From Rhynchobatus australiae (taxonomy: Eukaryota): a stretch of DNA of 64,000 nt. The stretch spans positions 38,465,788 to 38,529,787 of the forward strand of contig JAUZTB010000107.1 in NCBI GenBank assembly GCA_034780895.1, read 5' to 3'. Below, in pieces: positions 1 to 13,214 of this stretch (its first letter is position 1; each line of letters begins with the position of its first letter). Position numbers and translations under genes: made by a program. Under the pieces are notes generated by a model. That model was not told the origin of the DNA and searched no databases. It saw nothing but the letters and a program-made list of their open reading frames with translations.

Positions 1-990
1 CAAGCACCATGAGTTATTGATTAAGAAGCAGACCCCTCTGCCTCTAACTTTGCCCGAGGATGCTGTACGGTCCATTCGGTGGATTGAGAAGCCCTCAGGT
101 TGAATGGCACAGTCAGGTGAGGCAGGTGTAAGCCATGTTTTGGTGAGACATAGCACACAGCAGTCCCTCAGTTCTCTTTGGTAGGTCAGTCTTGCCCTTA
201 CTTCATCAACTTTGATCTCAGTGGACTGGACGTTAGCTAGTAGTATGCTGGGGAGGAAGGTCTTGTATCCACACTGTTTCAGCCTTGCCTACAGCCCAGC
301 CCTCTTGCCACGTCGCTGAGGTAAGCGGCTGCGACTTGTTGGTCCTGGAGTGGAGCCACCTGGTAAGTGATTGCTTCAGGACAGACCTGGAGCCGATTCA
401 CCTGGACCGGAAGGCAAGATGTTGTTTCCATACAAGTCCCTGGCATTGGGACTCGGCCCTGGGTGCTCCAAAGGATCAGGCTTCCGATCTGGAGGGGCCC
501 TGGTACCGGGCCCCAACATTGGATGTCCCTGCAGATCAGGTCTCGTGTTGAATCGGGCCTCAGGACCTGGCTCCCGCAAGTTGGGCCTCACGTCAGATCA
601 GGCCCCTGGACTCCGTCTCCTCGGGTCGGGCCTCTCGTTAGGTTGGGTCCCTGGACTCGGTCCCCTGCAGGTCGGGCCTCACGTCAGGTTGAGCCTCGGC
701 CCCCGCAGGTCAGGCCTCGGGACTCAGCCCCCGCAGGTCGGGCCTTGGCGTCGGGCGCTCCGGTTAATCGGTTCCTCACTCTGGGTTCTCAGGTCTCAGC
801 GTCAGGAGCTTCAGTGGGGTCCGGGAGTCGGGTCTCAGCAATGAGGGCTCCATGGGGTTGGCTCTTCACCCTGTGAAGGCTTCCACGTGGATGGGCCAGT
901 TCTAGGCCTTGCTGGTTGTTTCCTTCTGGGTCCGGGAGTCAGGTCCATTTCACAGTCGTTCCTGGAGGTGGGAAGATCGCCAGTCCTGTG
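1..990 (-). mobile_element. Rex1/Babar-like LINE, 5' part with APE endonuclease N-terminus; continues beyond the window start
   Basis: Minus-strand translation RRGKRAGL*ARLKQCGYKTFLPSILLANVQS...RDCCVLCLTKTWL...EGFSIHRMDRTASSGKVRGRGVCFLINNSWC, with one in-frame stop. Confidence 0.85.
540..845. repeat. Degenerate GC-rich tandem repeat inside the Rex1-like element
   Basis: Recurrent caggtcgggcctc / ggactcggccccc units. Confidence 0.75.
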
Positions 991-2374
991 AGAAGATTTA
1001 AAAGAACATTATTAGTGATAGTTAGTGACATAGAATTTAAATTTTAAAGTGTAGAATAATTATAGTAAAAGTTTCTGCTCCAGGATCATTTTGCTTCAAA
1101 GGATGGTCATGGCAGTGACACCTCAAGGTCAATTATACCTCCAATGATGCCGATGTAATTCCAGCTGAAAGAACATAAGACTCAGGCTGAGTTAAGCATG
1201 ATTTGGCCTATTATATCTTTACTGTTTAGTGCAAAAGGCTGGATTTTGCTGATAAATATCAGGAGTTCCATGGAGAGTTGCTGGCATTTACCCTAGCACT
1301 CAGCACATACATATCTACTTACAGAAGTCCTAAATGTGATGACTGAATCTGAATGCTAAATCTGTCAATAGGTTCTGCTGGCGGGCTTACAAGGACTCCA
1401 GCAGGGAAATATGAACCATGCTGAGATTACCTAGCAGTTTCACTGGGAATCCCCTCACATATCCTGCACTATGTAGGATTTTAATGAGGAATGATAAAAA
1501 TAATGATTTGGACATCAGTGAATTAGCGGGACCAAATGATCACAAGGGGAGTGTAGGAAAGTGGAAGTGAAAGGTTTATAATTAGAATTAAAACCAACAG
1601 CATTGTTCAAGTACTGACACTATGGATTAATTTTTGACTGCAATAACCTGACGATTAATTTGGTTATTAAAATTTACAAGATATACTTTCAGTATTATGT
1701 GCATTTAAAACTTTCCAACAGTTTGGAGATTATAATTTTAAGATTCTGAATGCAAAAGCTATTAGAGAAGGCTTTTAAACTATCCCTACCTGGAACAAAA
1801 GTTCAGCAGTATAGTCAGGCCATTAGTGGGGGTCTTGGCGATCACTTGGATATATCTTTGGCCCCTGTATGGCTGAGTGGTTCACCTGATATTTAAAGTG
1901 CCTACTGTGCATGCAAATCGAAGCACATGGATTCACAAGAGGTCAGTACAAGATGGAGAACAGCAAATCTCAAGGCACAGGCCGGAATGAGGTGATCCAA
2001 AATGTTACATTACTAACTAAAACCTATGCACAGTAACTAATAACTTATGCAAGTGGGTGAAATAAATGTCTGCCCCACATCTGCAAAAATGAATCATGTG
2101 TTCAATATTTAACTTTTGATATCCTCCTTCCTACAGCCCCATGTCTGTGTGATACTTCAAAACATTTAGTTACACTCATCTTTCCTATAATATGTAAATT
2201 TATCTAAGTTCTACATTGTTAGAGCTCAGGCATTTTGTCAACACGTTTGTTTGTGGGCAAAAAAAATGGCAGTTTTCATAATCAAATTGAGGGTCTAATA
2301 ATGTGAAACTCAGCTTTCCTCTAACTTGGGCATACGATAAGATTCCACCTTATCCAACATATAACACCCCCAGT

Positions 2375-2645
2375 GTCTCAGGGGAACTTCTGGCCCATCA
2401 CCTCTCACTATGTAGTGGGAGCATTCGGACTGGTGTTGCAAACCTCAAGACCATGCAACAGGAGCACACAGAAGCCCTGAATAAACGCAAAAGAAATTCA
2501 TCACTCACAAACTTCTCACCCACCTGCCCCATCTTTGGAAGAGTCTGTAGTTTCCACATTGGTCACATCTGTCACCTTCGAATCCACAAAACTGGACTGG
2601 AAGTAAGTTTATCCTTGATCTCAGGAGAACTGCCTAAGAAAAGTA
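2375..2645 (+). mobile_element. RTE-clade LINE 3' fragment
   Basis: C-terminal CPIFGRVCSFHIGHICHLRIH (C2H2-like tail of RTE ORFs) and a short A/G-rich end. Confidence 0.7.
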
Positions 2646-3689
2646 TGTGATTATGGGAGAATGATCACTAATTATCCCCTGCAGCAGTATTGTATGTTCT
2701 TCTCAAAAGAGGGAGAATAAACACATATTAAGATGTACTTAGAAATTAGCAAACTTCTAAGAAATTGGAACTTCATATTATTCTGAAAACAGTATTAGCT
2801 TTGCTCAGAACAAATTAATCCTAAATTTATACAGCAAATAAAAGGCTAACGAGTATTTTAGTTTTTCCTTCTTGGTCAGTCTCAACCTCTTCAAATGCTG
2901 ACGATTGTCTTGGATTTTTCTTGGAAATACAAGCAGCCCTGCACTGAACAACGCAGCATTTCACAGTGCAGTTGTGGATAAATTTCAAGACTCTTCTGTG
3001 AGTTCTGCCAGGGCGTCTACTCTCAGCTGTACCCGGCACAGAACCAGCAAGTCCAGTCACTTGAACGGGGATGGCAAGAGGAAGGAAATAAGTTGTTACA
3101 TTTTTTGTGTTTTAGTTAATGTTTTTAATTATTTGCAATTTTAATTGATGTAGTTTCTGAAGAAAAATTAATTATTTTAAAATATTTTATGCTTAATCGT
3201 TTTGGAATGTCAGAGTCGAACAGAAATATTGAACAACCTGCATTGATAAAGACTGCCAGAGGAGTTTTGTGGACAGGGCTTGTTCATTCCACTGCATGGT
3301 CCAAAGCCTTAGCACTCTGCTCCAAGAGAGATTAGCCTTCAGGATCTGGCTGAGCTAACTTTGAGGACTGAGGATACAAGTGAGGAACCCTTGTCAGTAC
3401 AATTCAAGCTATTATTGAGGACTGGTAGACTACATTTAATTCCTTAGCTTTGATGGATCATGGTTACATGCATTCCTCTAAATTATAATTTGTAAAAGGA
3501 CAACCTTCAGTGAAGACATTATTTTCTTGGTCTGCAGGATGAACCACATAGCACAAAGACAAAAAAAATTCATGAGTGTAGGCAAAGAGAAGCCCAAGCA
3601 CTATCGATATCTGGAGATTCACAAACTGTCAATATGATTGGATAGATTCTGGCCAGAATGATATTGGATATCAAAGCTAACGTATTCTT

Positions 3690-4085
3690 CTCTGGCATTT
3701 CTTGGGATCAAAGATGACTTTGTGGTTCAGAGGTGACTAATAAGGCCAATGTGGGAACCGCAGACTGTTCTGCAGATGGGACTGGGAGAACCTGCCAGGA
3801 TATTGAGGTGGATAGTTTGTGAAGTAGTGCACTCTTTCTGCCACTTACTCAGGGCCACTGTGGACTCCAATACATGGCCTTGAGATTCTCGGTACCATTC
3901 TGAATGCTACTTCTCCACCTTGAGCAGTCATGGCCAGAGATTCCCAGGCATCAGTAGGGATGTTGCAATTCTTCAAGGAAGCTTTGAGCACAGCCTTAAT
4001 TTTTGCTTCTGTCTGCCAGGTAATTTTTTTCTGGAGACAGATCTTGAAATAGCATGATTGTTTTAGGATAGGCCTCACAACTCAA
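3690..4085 (-). mobile_element. RTE-clade LINE 3' fragment
   Basis: LKASLKNCNIPTDAWESLA, typical of the RTE ORF C-terminus; degraded. Confidence 0.7.
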
Positions 4086-7000
4086 CATCCACGAACATAT
4101 TACGGGAAATGAGACGTATTTTAAAAGTTATAGATGTTGGAAATCAAAAATATTTCTATTTCATCACGGTGATGCATTGCATTTGATCTAATATAAAATT
4201 CTGAAAACTCTCATTAAATCCTTAAACTGCAAAGTTAACCTCCGCTTAAATGTTCAGTTAACATAGCACTGTACTAAAATTGACAGCTGAAAACCTACAA
4301 TGACAACATTTATTGATATTTTGATTGCACTCCTGGAGCCCCTTTGCACCACATGCAGCAGAATAAGCACCATTAGCAATGACATAGCCAGAATTACAGT
4401 ATTATAATATTGGTCTTTCAGCTATATATAGTGCATTAACAACTTCAAGCTAATGAAAGGTACATCTTGTATATTGCAATTAGGTTTCACAGGGTACAGC
4501 TCACTTCACTCAGTCAGCTCCAAACAGACATACAAACACCACCACAGATATAACCCATTATCATCACTGTTCCAACAATCTGCCTGGAGGAGGAGTGGTA
4601 TCTGATTATGGTTGGTACTAAAATTAACTGAGCTTCAATCCTCCTACAGCTATTAAAATGAATTCAGTATAAAGCGTGTGTAAAGAGTGTTGCTTTAGAA
4701 TGTCCAACTTGAATAAAAATATGAGCATTAATATCAAAACATATGAAATATTTATGTTAATACAAAAGCACACAAATATTGCCTGTAGAATCACATATAA
4801 GAATGAAACACTTAAAAGAATTTATCAGCATGGGAAGATTACAAAAGAGGGCTGTATTTTGAAAAGTGGCATTTAAAACAATTTATTGCTGCCATTCAAA
4901 AAGCAACTCTTCTGCCAAGCTCCAATCCAAGTGGAAGGTTTCGTTTTCAAAAATAATATCAGATGGTTTTTAAAATGCTCCAATTGCAATATTAATTGTA
5001 AGGAAATATGGCAGAAAGAATCAGCTGGTACCAGAACTGGACTGCTTAAGCTTCCTGCAATATATGCCAAATCTGCAGGTTCTCGTGTACCAATGAGATA
5101 ATGTCCACAGGCTCTGAGTGAAGATGCTACAGTTGCCGCATGCCTGTGTTTCCAACCATCCCAAGGAAACATGGCCAGTGATAGGCCAGGCTTTCATTTC
5201 TTTCAACTTTTCTGCCACTGACTAAAGATTAGCACTTCTATTAACTGCAATCACATCTGTTGTTGTGCAAAAATAAAGAGTGAATATATCACTCAGCAAG
5301 ATCATTACACTAAAACTGGGTATCGTAAGTAAAATTTTCTCTCTAGCATCAATCCAAGTGCTTTGAGATGCTTCTCTCTGGATGCAAAGTGCTTTTGATA
5401 TTACTTGATGTTAACTTATTGAAAATATAGCACAAAAGAACAAGATACATTTNNNNNNNNNNNNNNNNNNNNNNNNNNNNNNNNNNTCATACTAAATTAT
5501 TTTCCAAGTAGCTGCATTATAACTGGAGCCACTACCAACAAGCTTCTGAATTGTATTCATCCCAACAAGGTAATTGTCTCAATCTGAAAGAACTCTAAAT
5601 GGGAGTTGACAAAAATGGGTACTTCATCTGGGCAAAACACAAGAAGCCTGCAATTACATAGTGTTACTGATTTGCATTAGTCAAAAGCAGGCACAGCTTA
5701 TTGACATAATTAGTTGCTACATTTTGAACTTAAGAGTTTTGACAAAACTACCAGGGTCTTACCATCCATTTACCTGCAGGGCAGAACTATGAAATAATGA
5801 ATTTTATTTCTACATACCATAGATAAAGAAGTCTTGGGGCAGATCTGAGTTCCCAATTTATTATAGTCTGAGATGAATATTTGCTGTGTTTCCTATTAGG
5901 CACAGAATGCTCAGAAAATGCCATATTTCAACAGTTGAGAGAGGCATTGTCACAGCCTTGGAATATATTAATCAACATGTACCAATATCAGAGACTTGAA
6001 CGGAACAGGAAAGGAAAATCTCTGGTTTAACATGGCAGCAAAACAAAAGTTTGAATGTTCATGTCACAAATATTAATTGCATTTTGAAATTAAAACATCT
6101 TTGCATTATTATTTATGTCTTTTTTAAATTAGATCTTATATTTGAATCAGCTTTAATACTTTCACATGTTTGCATTTCTGCTGCCAGTCTGCTCAGAATG
6201 GTTTGAAGTATCAATGGGTGCGATCAATTATATCAGTTTCTTTGATTTATCAGACAAGTCATACCAGATTTATTTCATGGATAATGCATTTCTTCCCATC
6301 CTTTTGTTGCTCTGTTCCTCTCTCAACATTCAAGTCATGCACACGCAAAGATTGCATTTCTTTTTTGTGCTCAAATTGCTTTAACTGTCAATTGCATCAA
6401 GAAATATAAATTTGAATGATGGAGCTACATTAGTTTAGAAATTATGACAGTAATACAAATAATTTAATTTTGCAATTCATTTTATTAAATGTGATAAACT
6501 GGCAATTTCAAAAATGTTTATTTGGACATACCCTTTCATAGTCCATAACATGACCTTGACATAAGCCCTGAATAAGCTTTAAATAAGCTATTATTTGACA
6601 ATGCAATATCCTTGTGGAATTAGCTGAATTGGTCAAAAAAGCTTCAATTAGGTCTTTCATAATATGATAATGTGCTCATGGCTTAATGAGGTAGATTGCA
6701 ACAGCTATAGGTTTCCAATTATCCTCTGCCAAAAAAAGGCCACAGAAGTAATAAATACATGACTCTAGAAGCATTATTTCCAGACCTACATAAATATGAA
6801 GATTCAAAAGTAAAAGATAAACTCTAGGTTAAATCACAATTTTCATAAAAAGAACCAAAGGTTCTTCGGTTTGTATATGTTGTGAAGAAAAAGGGGTAAG
6901 TCCTGCAAAATTCTTTTGTAATTTAATTCCATTTTTGACTTGAAAGTGACAGAATAAGGTCTATTCCTGCTCCACTGTGAACTAGAAACACAATTTTGAA

Positions 7001-7265
7001 TCATATTTGCAGCAGCCCAAGCAAATAGTCAATACAAAACAAGCAATACAAACAAATTAAGATATAATGTACACCATCTCATCAATCACAGTCAGCAAAA
7101 GAAACAAGTCAATGTTTCAATTATGTGGTGTAACTATGTACACTGGGATCAACTTCAATAAAACAGGAAGATTAGTTTTTTCGGATAAATCTTTCTGACT
7201 GCTCATTGTTAAATATAGGTACTAAACCATCAAAGGCCAAAAGACAAAGGATACTGTTGAGAAAT

Positions 7266-7350
7266 GAAAGATTCAGATTCAGATTAGTTTATTGTCATGT
7301 ACACCACGGTGCAATGAAATTCCCTGCTTGCGTGAAGCTCACAGAGCAAA
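7266..7350 (-). mobile_element. LINE 3' tail fragment (Rex1/L2-like) ending in AATAAA plus (TCTGAA)n
   Basis: agattcagattcagattagtttattgtc on +. Confidence 0.5.
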
Positions 7351-7493
7351 CAGTGTGCATGGTAGTAATGAATAGAAGAATAACTACAACAACAAGTGCA
7401 AAAACAACAGAATGGTGGAAAGTAAAGTAGTGCAAACTGAGGCAGTGTAAAAAGAAATTCTTGAGTGACATAACGGAAGAGGTAGAACTAAGG

Positions 7494-7808
7494 GTTGCAC
7501 AGTGGAGCAGCTAACAGAGCTGCTGCCTCATAATTCCAGTAACCTGGATTTAATCCTGACCTCCAGTACTGTCTGTGGGGAGTTTGTGCATTCTCCGTGC
7601 AACTGCATGGATTTCCTCCATGTCCTCCAGTTTCTTCCCNNNNNNNNNNTAGGTTAATTGGTCACTGTCACATGCCTCTCGTATAGATGAGTGGCAAAAT
7701 CTGGGGGAGTTGATGGGAATGTGGGTAGAATAGGTTACAGTGAAAACTGAAGTGGAATGGAATTGATCTGTGAACGAGCTCAATGGGCCAAAGTGGCCTC
7801 CTTCCACG
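7494..7808 (+). mobile_element. V-SINE (HE1-like tRNA-derived SINE)
   Basis: tRNA-like head, V-domain (gtggggagtttgtgcattctcc...tttcctcc) and CR1-like tail gggccaaagtggcct. Confidence 0.75.
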
Positions 7809-8419
7809 TCGTCTGGAAATATGGATACATGGAATGTCTGTATTTTCGCAGAAGGGGCAAAGTACTTAAGTTGCTGACAGATATTCAAGATATTTTTCCT
7901 GACTGAAATTCAGTGTTAGTCTCCTCCTGGAGTCCATGAAGGGAGTGCACCACCTCCCCACCATTTCCAGTGGGGAGTTCCCTCAAAAAACTAGCATTAA
8001 GTCAGAACTAGTGCAACTTTCCCATTAATTGCAAAGAAGATGGAGGAAAATGGTTTCNNNNNNNNNNGAATGCATTTTTAGAAATGTTAGTAATCTGAAT
8101 TTATTCCAATGTTTTGAAGTGCTCTTTAAAAGAAGTTTCAAGTAGCTTCTAACACTTTGAATAGTCGTTTTAGTTTTTGAATGTTTCTGCCAGTTAGAAA
8201 TATTCAATAATCCATGAAGCAAGGCTTATCTAGTTCTCAAGAATTTTTGAGCTGTTTTGCAGGCAAGTCGGGGTCTGGACCTCCCATTTGAAGGATTAAC
8301 CTGAAACATTAGCTCTGTTTCACTTTGTGCATATGCTGCCTGACCTGCTGAGTGTTTCTGGTATTTTCTTTATTTGTTGCAGATTTCTACTATCTGCACA
8401 TGTTTAGTTTTCAGGGAAT

Positions 8420-9030
8420 AAAGGATACTGTTCTCAAAGGAATGCAAGAGCAGGAGAAGTTGAGGTAATACGTGCAGAATTCACTGAAAGTGGCAGGGTA
8501 GATCAAGAAAGTGATTAACAAAGTTTACACATTTTTGGGCTTTGTCAATGGGGGCCCTGAGTGCAAAAGTAGGGAAGTCCCCACTGCAACTTTATAGAAC
8601 ACTGGTGCAGCCTCCACAGGAGTACTGTGTTCATTTCTGTCTACCACGTTACAGCAAGGATATGAGGTGTTGAGAAGGTTCAGGAAAGATTTATGAGAAT
8701 GGTTACTGGGGTGAGGGACTAAAATTACAATTATGGATAACACAGGCCAAGACCACCTTTTTTGCAGAGGGGTGAGGCATGATTTGTTAGAAGTATATAT
8801 AATAATGAAGGATCTGGATGTTAAGCAACAGATTGCAAATCTGGTGGAGTTAGGTTCCATTCTGGCCTTCAAGAGGGAATTCAATGAATATATGAAGAAA
8901 AATCAGCAAGAGTATGGGGGGGTGGTGTGAGAGGTAGATGCAACCAATGAACTGCTCTGGTAAAGAGCTAGCATGGACATAATGGGCCAAATGACCTCTT
9001 TCTGTGCTGCAAACTACTCTGTGATTCTAT
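8420..9030 (+). mobile_element. Old CR1-like LINE 3' fragment
   Basis: ggagtactgtgttcatttctg, a DLLEVYIIMK remnant and a gggccaaatgacctctttctgtgctg tail. Confidence 0.7.
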
Positions 9031-11089
9031 TTAAAAACATTAGGTGTTCATTGTAATAAATGGAAAGGTAATTTTTTTTTAATCAAGAAACCAGATTCTC
9101 ACACAAATTTGTTAACAGACAAAGCAAAGCAATAAAAAATGTATTAAAAAGATGACAACTTTGTCAGGAATTTTCTTACATCACATGAAAAATGCAATAT
9201 TGTTTTCTATAATAAAAAGATCTTCCCGATATTGTACTGCATAATGTTGTACTGCATCTTACTTACAAGTACAGCACTACTATATTTATTGGTCTGATGA
9301 AGAGGCACACGCACACAACTCTTTTACTTTCTGCAAGCCTGACAGAGCATCATATACTCCAGGTGGCAATATTCATCATCTTTACAACTACAGAACACAT
9401 GGGTGATTCATTGCTGAGGGATGAGTGATCATTGACCTACTGCAATGGGGAGGGCAAAACATGTTCTCGGCATAGCAACACACAACTCAAGCAAATGTCA
9501 TTTTATAAACTACAGGGGCTACATACTTGTGAGTGTTTGAACCAGAGGAACAAGAGCTCGATAATGAATCAGTACTCTGTAGGGGAGCATGAAGCAGGAT
9601 ACCAATGTATTAACATGAAAATTAGTTTCAAATTCATATGTAAAGAAAGCTCACTTGATGAATTATTAATGCTGAACTTTTAAAGCAGGGATTCTGTTAT
9701 TGTACTACTGGTCAAATGTCCAGTGACTTATCCAAGCACTAAACTGTTTAATTGTAATTGGGAATCCATGTTTCCCACTGTAATAATGCTAATGACTTGG
9801 ACAAACATTACGAGATGGAGTGGAATGGGGATGCAAACTATGGATTGGTTTCTCNNNNNNNNNNNNNNNNNNNNNNNNNNNNNNNNNNNNNNNNNNNNNN
9901 NNNNNNNNNNNNNNNNNNNNNNNNNNNNNNNNNNNNNNNNNNNNNNNNNNNNNNNNNNNNNNNNNNNNNNNNNNNNNNNNNNNNNNNNNNNNNNNNNNNN
10001 NNNNNNNNNNNNNNNNNNNNNNNNNNNNNNNNNNNNNNNNNNNNNNNNNNNNNNNNNNNNNNNNNNNNNNNNNNNNNNNNNNNNNNNNNNNNNNNNNNNN
10101 NNNNNNNNNNNNNNNNNNNNNNNNNNNNNNNNNNNNNNNNNNNNNNNNNNNNNNNNNNNNNNNNNNNNNNNNNNNNNNNNNNNNNNNNNNNNNNNNNNNN
10201 NNNNNNNNNNNNNNNNNNNNNNNNNNNNNNNNNNNNNNNNNNNNNNNNNNNNNNNNNNNNNNNNNNNNNNNNNNNNNNNNNNNNNNNNNNNNNNNNNNNN
10301 NNNNNNNNNNNNNGTCAATGGAGCAGAAATTCTTCTTTGGTCATTCACACTAAACAAGTGCTGAAGGGTCAACTGACTACTGGGTCAATGGAGGACACAA
10401 TGCATTGCCAAAATATTGTTCCTCTTCAGAGCATAAACCTTCTGTTTATCAGGGCTACTGAGTATTTCCATTTTCTTCTGCTTTGGTCTAATACGCTAAA
10501 CAAGGTTGAAGAAAAATGACTCATTACAGTCCAGAATTTAGATGACATAAAAAGTAGTATGTGGTTATTGTTGTTTTAATTACATTAACAGTGGTGCCCT
10601 GATCGTCTCTTTGGAATACAAAATTGTGGTTGAGATAGACATGAATCAATACTCAGCATGATCTTTACAAGGGAAAGGTCAACCATGTTAAAATGCTAGA
10701 TTGTGACTACTTAAGAAAGATCTATCCCACTTCTCATTGGCAAGGTGAGTGTTCCACTGAGTCAAATAATAGTTAATATTATAACTTGTGCAGCAGACTG
10801 AATTCTAGAGTCACAACAAACTTGATTTATACTGCTTACTCCATATCAGACCCTGATCGGCAAAACTCCAGACCCTCATCAGTCCTCCCCAATAAAGCGC
10901 TGAGGAGCCACAACAAAATTTGCAAGCACAGTTTGTTTTAAGTCATTGTATTTAAGTTTTCCTTCCTTCTTAACTGAATTTTCTTCTCTCCTCCTCTTTT
11001 ATTAGCTTGCAATTGCATGGGGTTTTCCTATCTTCAAGCATTCTGGTCAATGCATCCTCAACAGTCAGGAGACTAGTCAACATCATAAG

Positions 11090-11435
11090 AGCATAGAAAA
11101 TAGGAGCAGGAGGGGGCTACTCAGTCCCTCAAACCAATATCATCAACATCCACATCATTATGACTGATCTGCCCCAGGCCTCATCTCCTTCTCTGTTCCT
11201 GTTGCCCATAGTTCTCAATTCTGTAACCTCTGAAATGTTATCCACTTCCTCCTTAAGTACCCCCAGTGATCCAGCCTCTATAATCCTACAGGGCAGAGAA
11301 TTCCAGAGGTTCACCAGCCTCTGTGAGAAGTTGTTCCTACTTACCTAATACTTAAGTTGTCACCTTCTAATCTTATAACAATGCCCCTCTTTCAAGATTC
11401 TCCCACCAGTGGAAACATCTCAACATCTACCATGC
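11090..11435 (-). mobile_element. CR1-like LINE 3' fragment
   Basis: VNLWNSLP...EAGSLGVLKEEVD C-terminal remnant and tail. Confidence 0.75.
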
Positions 11436-13214
11436 CAGGAACATACCAGTCAAGTCCCACTCTGTCCTTACTAAACATTAATACATGCACGTTTGCTGAG
11501 ATTCCACTGTGCAGCATGTCAGGCAGGTTAAGAAATAAGTTGTTAGCATGCAATTCATCTTTCCATTTTTATACCAAAGGCAAGAGGTGAGGGGTCTTTC
11601 CCAGTTTCCACTTTTTCAACAGTTTAAATAATCTGTCCAAGTTAGTTTTCCAAGTAAAAGGAATTCTATTCAACTTTGTTATTTGTATCTGCAAGTACAA
11701 TTTAGTGAACAATCACTGCTTGTCTCAAGGTGGTTGGAATAGATATAAGGGAATGGAAAGCTTATATATTCCATGGGCATCCACATGCAATCTCACATTC
11801 TCTGCACTTTGAGTAAAAGGCAACAATCAATGTGAGATACAAAGCTGGCAAGGCTGTTTATCTGAAATTATTTAATTCAGTGTNNNNNNNNNNNNNNNNN
11901 NNNNNNNNNNNNNNNNNNNNNNNNNNNNNNNNNNNNNNNNNNNTATCTGCAATACTGTGGAAGTAAAGAAGCAGGATCTTGCTGTAACTTCCAAAACAGA
12001 ATGAGATTTCTATAATGTAATTAATCCTTCAGCTACAATGTTGCTGCATTCTGTGTTTTCATTTTCATACTTAATGCAAATTGAGAGAAAGACTGAGAAG
12101 CAACAAATAAAAGTGCTGCTATCTCTTTCATCTTGCAGTACTTCATGATATTTACACAAAATTAGCTAATCTTTTCCTTCATCTTTGTCCTTTCTGGTGG
12201 ACTGAGGTACATTTTAATATGATTTCATTTGCCATGTGACCCTGTATAACCTTTGACAGCTGTGAACTTGAATCACCTGCATTAGAATGAAAATCTATTC
12301 TTTTAAGGTCAAGGACCGTGCTCTAAATGCCTGCACAAATCATTGCAGTGTTCTACTTTTATCTGCCTTGATTTTAGCAAATAAATATTTTAATTTCTTA
12401 TACGCTACAGTTTGACCTGATTTATTTTAAGTGTCAAAAATCACATGTATTCTCTGGGTTTTAGATAACTTCATTTTCAGATGAATCAGGAAAGTACAAA
12501 ATTTAAGAGAGAAAACAATACAAAATCTGCATATTACAATTGGCTTTTCACGGAAAGTAATTTAGCCCAGGTGGGTTTCCAATCTACACATTTCTGGATA
12601 CAAATACAACGCTCACATCATCACTGAAATTAGAATAAACATTACCACTTTTAATAAAATCAATGAATCCTTCTCTGATACTTGAGCTGTCATGAATCAG
12701 AAAATAAATGCCTTCAGCATGAGGTAATTTCATTGTCCTAACTCAAGCTCAAAGTCAGAAAACTAATTATTCACCATAAAATCAACCTTCAGAACTGTGA
12801 CATAAAGATGAGATGAAGCTGAAATGTTAACGCTTGATGCAGTCTTTGGAGAATCAAATTCTAAATTCAATAATTACTATTAGCATTTTGTTAATGATTT
12901 TGTGTGTCAGACCATAAAAGGACACCTTCTTCAGTAAGGCATTAATATTTCCACAGATTACATGCATGAATGTCAAGGAACTTGCACAAACCAAATTTTC
13001 AAGACGGAGGGCCATTGAGGAAAGATCAGATAGATAGCTGAGAATTCTGATCACATTGTGTCCATGTAACAGACAGATAGCACACATTAAGCAGCATACC
13101 CAGACTCACTATAGCTATATAGATAGATGGGACAGATAGCCTCACTAGCACCTTACATATCTCACAGCACCAGTCACCTTCATTGGGTTAAGGGTATACT
13201 GCAGAATCATTTTG

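Noticed and set aside
540-845. Repeat-spacer-like pattern (CRISPR?)
   Set aside because: Units are degenerate and contiguous with no unique spacers; the context is eukaryotic with no cas genes.
285-876. Plus-strand ORFs of 88-169 aa
   Set aside because: Antisense read-through of the GC-rich tandem region of the Rex1-like LINE.
1084-3645. Possible plus-strand exon chain (1084-1127, ~2930-2997, 3538 onward), considered as the 3' end of a neighbouring gene such as a contactin
   Set aside because: No consistent frame or recognisable motif, and the splice sites are weak.
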